Below, one piece after another: positions 40,639 through 50,114 of a stretch of DNA of 64,000 nt. The notes under the pieces are model-generated. The model ran no database searches. It was not told the origin of the DNA and saw nothing but the letters and a program-made list of their open reading frames with translations. Positions within the stretch are counted from its first letter, which is position 1. Each line of letters starts with the position of its first letter. The DNA is from an uncultured Gemmatimonadales bacterium (GTDB lineage Bacteria; Gemmatimonadota; Gemmatimonadetes; Gemmatimonadales; Gemmatimonadaceae). The DNA is taken from assembly GCA_963851265.1 (NCBI GenBank), contig CAWKNZ010000007.1:320001-384000 (forward strand). Direction: 5' to 3'. A program made the translations under genes and the position numbers.

Positions 40639-40799
40639 GTGGCAGCCACGGCACCGTCGCGACGTGCGCCGATACGACGAGCGCCGTCACGACGCCGTTA
40701 CGCCACCACGCACCGGCGGAACTTCATCCCCGGCGCCCGCCGGGTACGTTCCGGCCGGGGCCGATCGACCGGCCCCGGACCCTCCACCCCGGCGCCCGC

Positions 40800-43379
40800 A
40801 TGCATCCATTCGTTTCACGGCGTCGCTCCCCCGCGGCGACGACGGCTGCGCTGTTCCTGTCGCTCGCCACGGCCTGCGCCTCCACCGAACGCGTCGCGTC
40901 GCCCGGCCCCGCGGTGGCGTCGGTGGGCGGGTCAGCCGGTAGCGTCGTGATCAGCCAGGTGTACGGCGGCGGTGGGAACAACGGGGCCACGCTGAAAAAC
41001 GACTTCATCGAACTCTACAACGCCGGGACGACGGCCGTTCCGGTGACCGGATGGTCGGTGCAGTACGCCAGCTCGACCGGAAGCAGCTGGCAGGTCACCA
41101 CCCTGTCGGGGACGATTGCGCCAGGCGGGTACTACCTCGTGCAGGAAGCGCAGGGCGCGGGCGGGACGACGGCGCTCCCCACCCCCGACGCGACCGGTAC
41201 GATCCCGATGAGCGCGACGGCCGCGAAGGTCGCGCTCGTCAATTCCGCCACGGCGCTCGCGGGTGCATGTCCGGTGGGGACGGCGACGGTGCTCGACTTC
41301 GTGGGATACGGCACCGGCACGAATTGCTTCGAGGGAACCGGCCCGACGGCGGCGCTCTCGAACAGCACCGCGGCCCTGAGGAAGAACAACGGGCAGCAGG
41401 ACACCAACGACAACGCGGCGGACTTCAGCGTCGCGGCGCCCACCCCGCGCAACAGCGGCGTCGTGACGGCACCCGCCGGACCGGTCGCGACCGTAGCCGT
41501 CACACCCTCGCCGGCCGCCGTCACGCTCGGCGCCACGCTGCAGTTGACGGCGCGCGCCGCCGACGCGAACGGCTCCGCCGTCGCCTCCACGTTCGTGTGG
41601 AGCACGTCGAACGCGGCGGTCGCCGCCGTCGACAGCACGGGCCTGGTGCGCGGGCTGGCCGTGTCGCCGGCCCCGGTGACGATCACGGCGACCGCCCCGA
41701 ACGGCGTGGCCGGTTCGACGGCCCTCACCGTGGCCGCCGCGGGCTCGATCGCGAGCATCACCTGGAACGGCACGCCTACCGCGACGACGAGCATGGCGGC
41801 GGGGTTCCAGACGCAGCTCTTCACCCCGGTCTCGAAGGACGCCAACGGCGGTGTCGTGCCGGCCGCGTACACGTTCGAGGCGCTCGACCCGGGCGTCGCG
41901 ACGATCCGCGCGGTCGGCACCTCGGCTGTGATCACGGGCGGTTCAGGCGCGGCCACCAACCCGCGCTTCCGCGTCACCGCCACGCCGGTCGGCGGCGGCG
42001 CGTCGTTCAGCACGGTGACCTCGCCGGTGACGATCGAGACGGCCGTCTACGCCGACTCGACCGCCACGTTCGCCGACAACGCGGAGTTCGGCCGACCCAC
42101 GGCCGCGTCGACGACCAACTTCGACGATCTGCTCATCGCGCGCACCACGTACACGCTCTCGTACAACGCGTCGCGGGGCACGCCCAACTGGGTGAGTTAC
42201 GAGCTCGACCAGCGTCAGCGGAGCACCGGCCAGGACCGGTGCAACTGCTTCACCGCCGAGCCCACGCTCCCGGCCGCGCGTCAGGTCTTCACGACGGACT
42301 ACACGAACGGCGGCTACGACCGCGGCCACATGACGCGCTCCGCCGACCGCACCGTGACCAACGGTGAGAACGCGCGCACGTTTTACCTGTCCAACGTCGT
42401 GCCGCAGATGGCGGACCTCAACCAGGGCGTCTGGGCGACGTTCGAGAATCAGCTCGCCGATTCCGCGGCCGCGGGGCGCGCCGTGTACGTGATCACCGGG
42501 CCGCTCTACTCGCGCGCGCTACCAGCCCGCTACCTCAAACAGGACTCGGGGCAGACGAAGGTGCGCATCCCCGACTCGACCTGGAAGGTCGCGTTCATCG
42601 GGCCCTACGCCGGGGGACACGCGTTCGCGCGCGGCGACGTGCGGAGTTGGGACGACCTCGCCGGTACCACCGTGCTCGCCGTGAACATGCCGAACGTCGC
42701 GGGCGTGCGAAATGACCCGCCGTCCAAGTACTACACGACGGTGGACGCGATCGAGGCCGCGACCGGCTACGACTTCCTTTCGCTGCTGCCGACCGCGTAC
42801 CAGGGGGCGGTCGAGGCCGGCGACCATCCGCCGTCCCCGGTCCTCAACGGGCCGACCGCAGGCGCGACAGGGCAGCCGCTCGCCTTCAACGCCGCGGGTA
42901 GCCTCGACCCCGACGCGGGCGACGTACTGACGTACGCCTGGGCCTTCGGCGACGGCACGTCCGCGACGGGCGCGTCGGTGACCACGCGCTACGCCGCCGC
43001 CGGCGCGTACACGGTCACGCTCACCGTCACCGACCGCTTCGGCTGGGCGATCACGCGCCGCCAGATCGTGAACGTCGGCGCCGTCGCGCCCATCGTGACC
43101 CTCCCCGGCGCGCCGACGACGGCCGCGGCGGGCCAGCCCTACAACCTGCCCGTCGCGTTCAGCGACGCGAGCGCCAACCCGGCGCCGTTCCGTCTCGTGA
43201 TCGACTGGGGCGACGGCACGCAGACCACCGGCACGTACGTCACCGCCTATGCCGCAGCCCGCCCGCTCGTGCGACAGAAGGCGTACGCCGCCTCGGGCGC
43301 CTACACGGTGAACGTCCGCGTCACCGACAGCTACGGAGCCACGTCGAGCCCCGCGTCGGTGCAGGTCACCATCCCATGA
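40800..43379 (+). CDS. Modular lipoprotein: lamin-tail domain, Ig-like (Big_2), DNA/RNA non-specific endonuclease, PKD domains
   Basis: Lipobox LATAC; VISQVYGGGGN..DFIELYN (LTD); TPNWVSY, YDRGHM, FYLSNVVPQ, NQGVW (NucA-like); WAFGDG and DWGDG (PKD). Confidence 0.9.
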   Translation: MHPFVSRRRSPAATTAALFLSLATACASTERVASPGPAVASVGGSAGSVVISQVYGGGGNNGATLKNDFIELYNAGTTAVPVTGWSVQYASSTGSSWQVTTLSGTIAPGGYYLVQEAQGAGGTTALPTPDATGTIPMSATAAKVALVNSATALAGACPVGTATVLDFVGYGTGTNCFEGTGPTAALSNSTAALRKNNGQQDTNDNAADFSVAAPTPRNSGVVTAPAGPVATVAVTPSPAAVTLGATLQLTARAADANGSAVASTFVWSTSNAAVAAVDSTGLVRGLAVSPAPVTITATAPNGVAGSTALTVAAAGSIASITWNGTPTATTSMAAGFQTQLFTPVSKDANGGVVPAAYTFEALDPGVATIRAVGTSAVITGGSGAATNPRFRVTATPVGGGASFSTVTSPVTIETAVYADSTATFADNAEFGRPTAASTTNFDDLLIARTTYTLSYNASRGTPNWVSYELDQRQRSTGQDRCNCFTAEPTLPAARQVFTTDYTNGGYDRGHMTRSADRTVTNGENARTFYLSNVVPQMADLNQGVWATFENQLADSAAAGRAVYVITGPLYSRALPARYLKQDSGQTKVRIPDSTWKVAFIGPYAGGHAFARGDVRSWDDLAGTTVLAVNMPNVAGVRNDPPSKYYTTVDAIEAATGYDFLSLLPTAYQGAVEAGDHPPSPVLNGPTAGATGQPLAFNAAGSLDPDAGDVLTYAWAFGDGTSATGASVTTRYAAAGAYTVTLTVTDRFGWAITRRQIVNVGAVAPIVTLPGAPTTAAAGQPYNLPVAFSDASANPAPFRLVIDWGDGTQTTGTYVTAYAAARPLVRQKAYAASGAYTVNVRVTDSYGATSSPASVQVTIP

Positions 43380-44059
43380 CCAAGCGTCCTCCTTCGATGC
43401 GTTTCGCCTTCGTCGTCGCCCTCGCCGCCGCCGCGATCGCCGCCGCGCCGGCCGCCGCCCAGACGCTCGTGATCCCGCCCTCGTCCACGGGCGCGGAGGT
43501 CGGACCCTTCGGTGCCGATGCCGCGTACGCGTTCACCACGTCGCTGATCGGCCAGTCGTTCGTCGCGCAGAACGCCCGCCTGCTCTCGTTCACGTTCATC
43601 CTGCGCAACGAGGTCGGCGCTGCCGCGGCCCCGCAGTTCCGCGCGTACGTCGCCGACTACGACCCGCTCAACGGCGCGATCGGCACCGTGCGGTTCGCGA
43701 GCGACATGCTCGCCGGGCCGATGGCGGCGAGCTACGCGCCGCTCACGGTCACGCCCAACGCGACGCTCACCGCCGGGCTCTCGTACATCGCGTACCTCTC
43801 TGGCGTGACCTCGACGAGCGGCGTGAGCTACGTGGCCACCAACGAAACCGCTCCCTACGCCAGCGGCGTCCTCGTCTACGACGTGGGTGGCGGCGCGCTG
43901 TACGCCGACGCGTCGCAGGAGGCCGCGTTCACGGCGGTGTTCGCGCCCGCGGTCACCGCGGCGCCCGAGCCCGCGACCCTGGCGCTCGTCGCGGGCGGGC
44001 TCGTCGGCCTCGCCGCCCGGGCTCGGCGGCGGCGGCGCGTGCGCGTTCGCGCGGCGTAG
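43376..44059 (+). CDS. PEP-CTERM sorting domain protein
   Basis: Signal peptide; C-terminal APEPATLALVAGGLVGL followed by Arg run. Confidence 0.85.
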   Translation: MTKRPPSMRFAFVVALAAAAIAAAPAAAQTLVIPPSSTGAEVGPFGADAAYAFTTSLIGQSFVAQNARLLSFTFILRNEVGAAAAPQFRAYVADYDPLNGAIGTVRFASDMLAGPMAASYAPLTVTPNATLTAGLSYIAYLSGVTSTSGVSYVATNETAPYASGVLVYDVGGGALYADASQEAAFTAVFAPAVTAAPEPATLALVAGGLVGLAARARRRRRVRVRAA

Positions 44060-44120
44060 CTGCCGAACGGCGTCCCGCTGGCGCTTCCGGGCAGACGAGC
44101 TGTTCGGCTAACGTCACCGG

Positions 44121-45452
44121 ATGTCCAACCCCAACCGCCACGACCGCGTCCAGTACGGCGCTCCGGGGCGCCGCGTCGCGATCGTCGCGGGGCTGCGTAC
44201 TCCGTTCGCCAGGGCGGGGACGGCCCTCGCGCGCCTCTCCTCTACGGAAATGGGCCGTCACGTCGTCGCCGAGCTGCTCGCGCGCGCCGAACTCGACCCG
44301 GCCGAGGTCCAGGGAATCGTCTTCGGCACCGTCGTGCCGAGCGTCACCGAGCCGAACATCGCGCGCGAGATCTCGCTCCTGCCGCAGCTGCCGCGCGGTG
44401 TGCAGAGCTTCACGGTGAGCCGCGCCTGCGCCTCCGCCAATCAGGCGATCACCGACGCGGCCGACCAGATCGTGCTCGGACACCTCGACTGCGTCGTCGC
44501 CGGTGGGGCGGAGTCGCTGTCGCAGGTGCCGGTGCTGCACTCGCGGCGAATGAGCGACGCACTCGTCGCGTCGAGCAGGGCCAAGACGCTTCCGGCGCGC
44601 GCGCGCACGCTCGCGGGCATCCGGCCCAAGGACCTCGTGCCGGTGACCCCGGCCATCGCGGAGCCGAGCACCGGCGAGACCATGGGGCAGAGCGCGGAGA
44701 AGATGGCGAAGCTGAACGGCATCTCGCGCGACGAGCAGGACGCGTGGGCGCTGCGCTCGCACCGGCTCGCCGCGGCGGGCACCGCCGACGGACGGCTCGC
44801 GGCCGAGATCGCGCCGGCGTTCCTGCCCGGCGCGGACGGCGGCGAGCCGGTCGCGCTCGACCGCGACAACGGCGTGCGCGCCGACACGTCGCTGCAGCAG
44901 CTCGCCAAGCTCGCGCCCGTGTTCGACCGGGCGTACGGCACCGTGACGGCCGGTAACAGCTCGCCGCTCACGGACGGCGCGAGCGCGGTGCTGCTCATGC
45001 GAGAGGACAAGGCGCGTGCGTTAGGCTATGCGCCGCTCGCCTACGTGCGCAGCTACGCCTACGCCGCGCTCGACCCCGGCGACGAGTTGCTGCAGGGGCC
45101 GGCGCTCGCGATGCCCGTCGCGCTCGCCCGCGCCGGGGCCGTCGCGCGCGACGTGGGACTCGTCGAGATCCACGAGGCGTTCGCGGCGCAGGTGCTCTGC
45201 AACCTCAAGGCGTTCGCATCACGCGCGTGGGCCGAGCGGGCCGGCTTCGCCGAGCCCGTGGGGGAGCTCGACCGCGACCGCATCAACGTGATGGGCGGGT
45301 CGATCGCGCTGGGCCATCCCTTCGGGGCGACCGGCGGGCGCGTGTTGACGACGCTCTGCCGCGAGCTCGCCCGCCGCGACGCCGAGCTCGGGCTCCTGAG
45401 CGTGTGCGCGGCCGGCGGGATGGGTCACGTGATGGTCGTGGAGCGGGCGTGA
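44121..45452 (+). CDS. fadI: Acetyl-CoA C-acyltransferase (thiolase)
   Basis: RTPFAR, SRACAS, NSSPLTDGAS, HEAFAAQ, GGSIALGHPFGATG, CAAGG. Confidence 0.92.
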   Translation: MSNPNRHDRVQYGAPGRRVAIVAGLRTPFARAGTALARLSSTEMGRHVVAELLARAELDPAEVQGIVFGTVVPSVTEPNIAREISLLPQLPRGVQSFTVSRACASANQAITDAADQIVLGHLDCVVAGGAESLSQVPVLHSRRMSDALVASSRAKTLPARARTLAGIRPKDLVPVTPAIAEPSTGETMGQSAEKMAKLNGISRDEQDAWALRSHRLAAAGTADGRLAAEIAPAFLPGADGGEPVALDRDNGVRADTSLQQLAKLAPVFDRAYGTVTAGNSSPLTDGASAVLLMREDKARALGYAPLAYVRSYAYAALDPGDELLQGPALAMPVALARAGAVARDVGLVEIHEAFAAQVLCNLKAFASRAWAERAGFAEPVGELDRDRINVMGGSIALGHPFGATGGRVLTTLCRELARRDAELGLLSVCAAGGMGHVMVVERA

Positions 45453-45492
45453 GGGCCCCCGCCCGCGGCGCGACGACACACGCCTACGCCTC

Positions 45493-47721
45493 ATGACGCG
45501 ACTCACCGCCGACACCCCGTCCGCCGTGGACTCCGCACGCGACGCCATCACCGTCGAACTGCGCGACGACGGGATCGCCGTCGCGACGTTCGACCTTCCG
45601 GGCGCGCCCGTCAACGTGCTCGGCGCCACCGCGGCGGCGGCGTTCAGCCTCCTTCTCGACCGCCTCGACCGCGACGCGAGCATCCGCGCGTGCGTGCTCC
45701 GCTCGGGGAAGCCGGACGCGTGGATCGCCGGAGCCGACATCGAGCAGTTCGCCGCGCTGCGCGACGCCACCGACGCCGAAGCGCTCTCGTGGCAGGGGCA
45801 GGCGATGGCCGACCGCGTCGAGCGCTCGCGCGTTCCGGTCGTCGCCGCGGTACACGGTGCGTGCCTGGGCGGGGGTCTCGAGGTCGCCCTCGCCTGCGCG
45901 TGGCGCGTCGCCTCCGAACACGAGAAGACCGTGTTCGCGCTTCCCGAGGTCCGGCTCGGGCTGATACCCGGGATGGGCGGCACGCAGCGCCTGCCGCGCC
46001 GCATCGGGCTGCAGCCGGCGCTCGACCTGATCCTCACGGGCAAGACCGTGCGCGCGAAGCGCGCGCGCGCGTTAGGAATCGTCGACGACCTCGTGCACCC
46101 GGCCATCCTCCTCGACGTGGCGGTGCGGCGCGCGCGCGAGCTCGCGTCGGGCGAACGCAAGCGCGGCGGCGTCGCCCGGCGCCCGTCGGCCGGCGCGGTC
46201 CTGCTCGACGGCAACCCGGTGGGGCGCACCATCACCTTCAGCCGGGCGCGCGAGCAGGTCGTGAAGAAGTCGGGCGGCCATTACCCGGCGCCGCTCGCCG
46301 CTCTCGACGCCATCCACGACGGCTACGCACACGGCCGCGACGCGGGGCTCAAGCAGGAGGCGCGGCGCTTCGGCGAGCTCGCCGTGTCCGACGTCTCGCG
46401 CGAGCTCGTCTACCTCTTTCACGCGACGACCGCGCTCAAGAAGGACGACACGGCGACCCGGGGCGCCGTAGCGCGTCCGGTGCGGCTGCTCGGCATCGTC
46501 GGTGCCGGGTTCATGGGCAGCGCGATCGCCGCCCTCGCCGCGCGTCGGGGCACACCCGTCCGGCTCAAGGACGGCGACCTTCCGCGCGTCGCGCGCGCGA
46601 TGGACGCCGTGCGACGCACGCTCGCCGAGGCGCTGGCGCGGCGCCGCGCGACCGCGCTCGACGTGCAGGCGCAGCAGGCCCTCGTCACCGGCACCGCCGA
46701 CTTCACCGGCTTCCGCCGCGCCGACCTCGTCATCGAGGCGGTGTCCGAGGACCTCACGCTCAAGCGCCGCGTGCTCGACGACGTCGAGGACGCCGCGCCC
46801 GAGGCCGTCGTCGCGACCAACACGAGCACCATCCCGGTCACCGCCATCGCCGACGGCGCGACGCGCCCCGAACGCGTGGTCGGCATGCACTTCTTCTCGC
46901 CCGTGGCCAAGATGCCGCTCTTGGAGGTCGTGCGCGGCGCGGCGAGTTCGCTCGACGCCGTCGCCACCGCGGTCGCGTACGGGCGGCGGCTCGGCAAGAC
47001 CGTGATCGTGGTCGGCGACGGGCCCGGGTTCTACGTCAACCGCATCCTGGTCCCGTATCTCAACGAAGCCGGCTGGCTGCTGGACGCGGGCGTGCCGGTC
47101 GAACGCATCGACGCGGCACTCGTCGCGTGGGGATTCCCGGTCGGGCCCTTTCAGCTGATGGACGAGGTCGGATTCGAGGTCGCGGCGAGGGCCGGGCAGG
47201 TGGTCGCCGACGCGTTCGGCGCACGCCTCACCCCGGCTCCGGCGCTGCAGCGCGTGCTCGAGAGCGGGCGGGCCGGGCGCAAGGGGCGGCAGGGGTTCTA
47301 CAAGTACGACGCGGCCGGGCGACGCGCGGGGGTCGACGCGTCGGTGTACGCCATCGCCGGCGTTCGCCCGCTGAGCGGCGTCGCCCTCGGCACCGAGCGC
47401 GCGGCGCCCGGCGACCCGCCCCCCCAGTACGGGGCCGCCCAGATCGTCGAACGCGCGGTCTACCCGATGCTCGACGAGGCCGTGCGCTGCCTCGGCGACG
47501 GGATCATCGCCTCGGCGAGAGACGGCGACGTCGGCGCCGTGTTCGGCATCGGCTACCCCGCGTTTCGCGGCGGGCCGTTCCGCACGCTCGACGCCCTCGG
47601 TCCCGCCACCGTCGTGGGGGCGCTCGATGCGCTCGCGCGCGCGCACCCCGGCCGCTTCGCGGCGGGCGCCGCGCTCACGGCTGCGGCGAGCGAGGGTGGG
47701 CGCGCCCACCCGCGCGACTGA
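45493..47721 (+). CDS. fadJ: Fatty acid oxidation complex subunit alpha (enoyl-CoA hydratase / 3-hydroxyacyl-CoA dehydrogenase)
   Basis: AGADI, CLGGGLE, LPEVRLGLIPG, GAGFMG, NTSTIP, GMHFFSP. Confidence 0.92.
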   Translation: MTRLTADTPSAVDSARDAITVELRDDGIAVATFDLPGAPVNVLGATAAAAFSLLLDRLDRDASIRACVLRSGKPDAWIAGADIEQFAALRDATDAEALSWQGQAMADRVERSRVPVVAAVHGACLGGGLEVALACAWRVASEHEKTVFALPEVRLGLIPGMGGTQRLPRRIGLQPALDLILTGKTVRAKRARALGIVDDLVHPAILLDVAVRRARELASGERKRGGVARRPSAGAVLLDGNPVGRTITFSRAREQVVKKSGGHYPAPLAALDAIHDGYAHGRDAGLKQEARRFGELAVSDVSRELVYLFHATTALKKDDTATRGAVARPVRLLGIVGAGFMGSAIAALAARRGTPVRLKDGDLPRVARAMDAVRRTLAEALARRRATALDVQAQQALVTGTADFTGFRRADLVIEAVSEDLTLKRRVLDDVEDAAPEAVVATNTSTIPVTAIADGATRPERVVGMHFFSPVAKMPLLEVVRGAASSLDAVATAVAYGRRLGKTVIVVGDGPGFYVNRILVPYLNEAGWLLDAGVPVERIDAALVAWGFPVGPFQLMDEVGFEVAARAGQVVADAFGARLTPAPALQRVLESGRAGRKGRQGFYKYDAAGRRAGVDASVYAIAGVRPLSGVALGTERAAPGDPPPQYGAAQIVERAVYPMLDEAVRCLGDGIIASARDGDVGAVFGIGYPAFRGGPFRTLDALGPATVVGALDALARAHPGRFAAGAALTAAASEGGRAHPRD

Positions 47722-47836
47722 GGGTCGGGCCGCGGGCCGGGCCCCGGCGTCCGCGACAGCGTGTCAGCCGCCGAGCGTCAGCCCTGCTGCCGTCGGCCGC
47801 CTGCGACCGGCGGCAGCCGACCCGGCCGCTGCGGTG

Positions 47837-47885
47837 TATACTCGCCGGATTACCGTGTGAAACCGTGCCCGCGCCCTTAAGCGTA
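47837..47885 (+). promoter_or_regulatory. Candidate promoters of the ECF operon
   Basis: TATACT at 47837-47842 (housekeeping-type -10) and TGAAAC-N18-CGTA at 47858-47885 (ECF-like -35/-10, long spacer). Confidence 0.3.
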
Positions 47886-47965
47886 CGAACTAGTTCAGGC
47901 GTGTTCGAACTGCTGACCGCGGGCAGTGACCGAGCCACATCGTTGAGGGTCTACTGGCTGTGGAG

Positions 47966-48502
47966 ATGAACGATGCGGCGATCGTCGCCCAAGTTTTGGG
48001 TGGGGACGTCGAAGCGTACGCGCTCCTCGTAGCGCGCTACCGCCCGCGCCTGTCGCGGTACGCGTTGCGCATGTTGGGCGACCGGGAGGATGCGCAGGAG
48101 GCATTGCAGGACGCCTTCGTGCGGGCCTATCGGGCGTTGGGGCGGTGCGGCGACCCGGAGCGATTCGGCTCGTGGCTGTTCAGCATCCTCGTGAACCGGT
48201 GTCGGACCACCGGAGCGCGGGCGACCCGGCGGGCGCGGACGTTCGTCTCCGACGAAGCGGCCACGCACGTGGCGGTCGACTCGCATCCGGCGGAACAGGC
48301 CGCGATGCGCGAAGAAATCGAAAGGGCGCTCGCCCGTCTCGATGCGGAGCAGCGGGAAGCATTCCTGCTTAAGCACGTCGAAGGTTTGAGCTACGAAGAA
48401 ATGGCGGAACTCACGGGCGCGGGCGTCTCCGCGCTCAAAATGCGGGTGAAGCGGGCCTGTGACCGGCTGCGCGGACTCCTGCAGGAGGCATACAGTGCGT
48501 AA
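47966..48502 (+). CDS. ECF RNA polymerase sigma factor
   Basis: DAQEALQDAFVRAY, FGSWLFSILVNRC (region 2); QREAFLLKHVEGLSYEEMAELTG (region 4). Confidence 0.93.
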   Translation: MNDAAIVAQVLGGDVEAYALLVARYRPRLSRYALRMLGDREDAQEALQDAFVRAYRALGRCGDPERFGSWLFSILVNRCRTTGARATRRARTFVSDEAATHVAVDSHPAEQAAMREEIERALARLDAEQREAFLLKHVEGLSYEEMAELTGAGVSALKMRVKRACDRLRGLLQEAYSA

Positions 48503-49331
48503 CGGCAGCGACGACGATCACCTGGGGAGTTCCGCGTTCGGGCCCGGCCCGTTCGCGGGCGTTCCGCCGATCGCCGTACCCAGCGCGGTTGACGATGACG
48601 AACCGTTCGCCCTCGGCGAGCTCGTGGCGGCGCTTCGGCGCCCCGCGGACTTCGGACCGGGTGTCGACACGGCGGTGATGGACGCGATCCGCCTCGCGCC
48701 CGCGCCGCTCGTCGTCGTGCCCGGGGCCGCGCGGCGTCCGGCGGTGCGGTCGCGGCGACGCGACACGTCCACGGCCCCCTTCGAACCCGTCGCGCGCGCG
48801 CCGCTGCCGCGTGCCTGGCGCTGGTTCACCCAACCGCGCGCCGTAAGGGTCACCCCCCTCGGCGCACTCGCCGCGGCCGGCATCGCCATCGCGGCCGTGT
48901 TCGGTCTGCGGCGCGAGGCCGGCCGCAACGCCGGCGAGCTCGCGGCAACGACCCCCGACGCGCGGACGGCCACGGGCGAGTTCGCGACCGTGCCGCGCGA
49001 GTCCGCGACGCGAGCCGCGGCGCCCGCGCGAGGCCGTGACACGGTGTACATCACCCGCTTCATGCTCGTCGCGCCGGGCGCGCGCGAGGTCGCGCTCGTC
49101 GGCGACTTCAACGAGTGGGACCACGGCGCGACGCGACTCGTGCGCGTCGCGTCGCAGGGGAGCAGCCACGGCGTCTGGACCATCGATCTGCCGCTCACGG
49201 CAGGGCGCCACTCCTACGCCTTCCTCGTCGACGGGCAGCGCTGGGTGGCCGACCCCGCCCGGCCGCGCGCGATCGGCGACGATTTCGGTCGCCCGAGCTC
49301 GGCCGTGACGGTCGGCGGAGGTGAGACGTGA
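48495..49331 (+). CDS. Single-TM protein with C-terminal CBM48/AMPK-CBM-like glycogen-binding domain, putative anti-sigma
   Basis: GTG start with GGAGG SD, overlapping sigma stop; TM LGALAAAGIAIAAVFGL; APGAREVALVGDFNEW..GVW..YAFLVDGQRWVADP. Confidence 0.82.
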   Translation: MRNGSDDDHLGSSAFGPGPFAGVPPIAVPSAVDDDEPFALGELVAALRRPADFGPGVDTAVMDAIRLAPAPLVVVPGAARRPAVRSRRRDTSTAPFEPVARAPLPRAWRWFTQPRAVRVTPLGALAAAGIAIAAVFGLRREAGRNAGELAATTPDARTATGEFATVPRESATRAAAPARGRDTVYITRFMLVAPGAREVALVGDFNEWDHGATRLVRVASQGSSHGVWTIDLPLTAGRHSYAFLVDGQRWVADPARPRAIGDDFGRPSSAVTVGGGET

Positions 49332-50026
49332 TGCGCATGTCGCGCCCCGCGCTCGCGCTCCTTGCCGGGCTGCTCGCCGCTCCGCTCTCCGGCTTGACCG
49401 CGCAGGCGGCCAGCGTCCAACCGCCCGCGGAAACGCCGGCGTGGCTCCGCGCCCGACTCGACCCCCGCCTCGACCCACACACGCGCGCCCTCGTCGAGCG
49501 AGTCATCGACTCGGCGCGCGCCGACGGCGTCCCGTCCGAGCCGCTCGTCGACAAGGCGCTCGAAGGCGCGAGTAAGCGCGCGTCGTCCGAGGCGATCGTT
49601 CGCGCGGTCCGCGGACTCGCGGTCGACCTCGCGACGGCGCGCCAGTCGCTCGGCGCACAGTCGCTCGCAGAGGAGTTGACCGCCGGCGCGTCGGCGCTGC
49701 GCGCCGGTGTCGATACCGACGCGCTCCGCCGCCTCCGCCACGACCGTCCGGGGCAGCCGCTCGTGATCGCGCTCTCGGTACTCACCGATCTGATTGCGAG
49801 CGGCGTTCCGGCCGACAACGCGACGCACTCGGTGCTGGCCCTCACGAGCAAGGGAGCCGCCGATGAACAGCTCGTCGCGTTCCGACGCGACGTCGAACGC
49901 GATATCGGCATCGGAGCGCCCCCGGGCATCGCGGCGATGTTGCGGCTCGGCGGCGGTCCGTACGCGTCGCTCAACGTTCCCGACGGCGCGACGAACCGGC
50001 CGCCGGCGCACAAGCCCAAACCGTGA
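49328..50026 (+). CDS. Secreted alpha-helical hypothetical protein
   Basis: Signal peptide; 4-bp GTGA overlap with upstream gene; repeated GV(P/D)-helix units. Confidence 0.75.
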   Translation: MMRMSRPALALLAGLLAAPLSGLTAQAASVQPPAETPAWLRARLDPRLDPHTRALVERVIDSARADGVPSEPLVDKALEGASKRASSEAIVRAVRGLAVDLATARQSLGAQSLAEELTAGASALRAGVDTDALRRLRHDRPGQPLVIALSVLTDLIASGVPADNATHSVLALTSKGAADEQLVAFRRDVERDIGIGAPPGIAAMLRLGGGPYASLNVPDGATNRPPAHKPKP

Positions 50027-50031
50027 CGAAT

Positions 50032-50063
50032 CGAACGGGGTAGCGATCTCACTACCCCGTTCG
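50032..50063. terminator. 12-bp stem-loop after third gene of the ECF operon
   Basis: CGAACGGGGTAG-CGATCTCA-CTACCCCGTTCG. Confidence 0.5.
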
Positions 50064-50114
50064 CCGTATCCACGGCCGTGCACGCCTCCGCGGCCACTCC
50101 GCTAGCTTGGCGGG

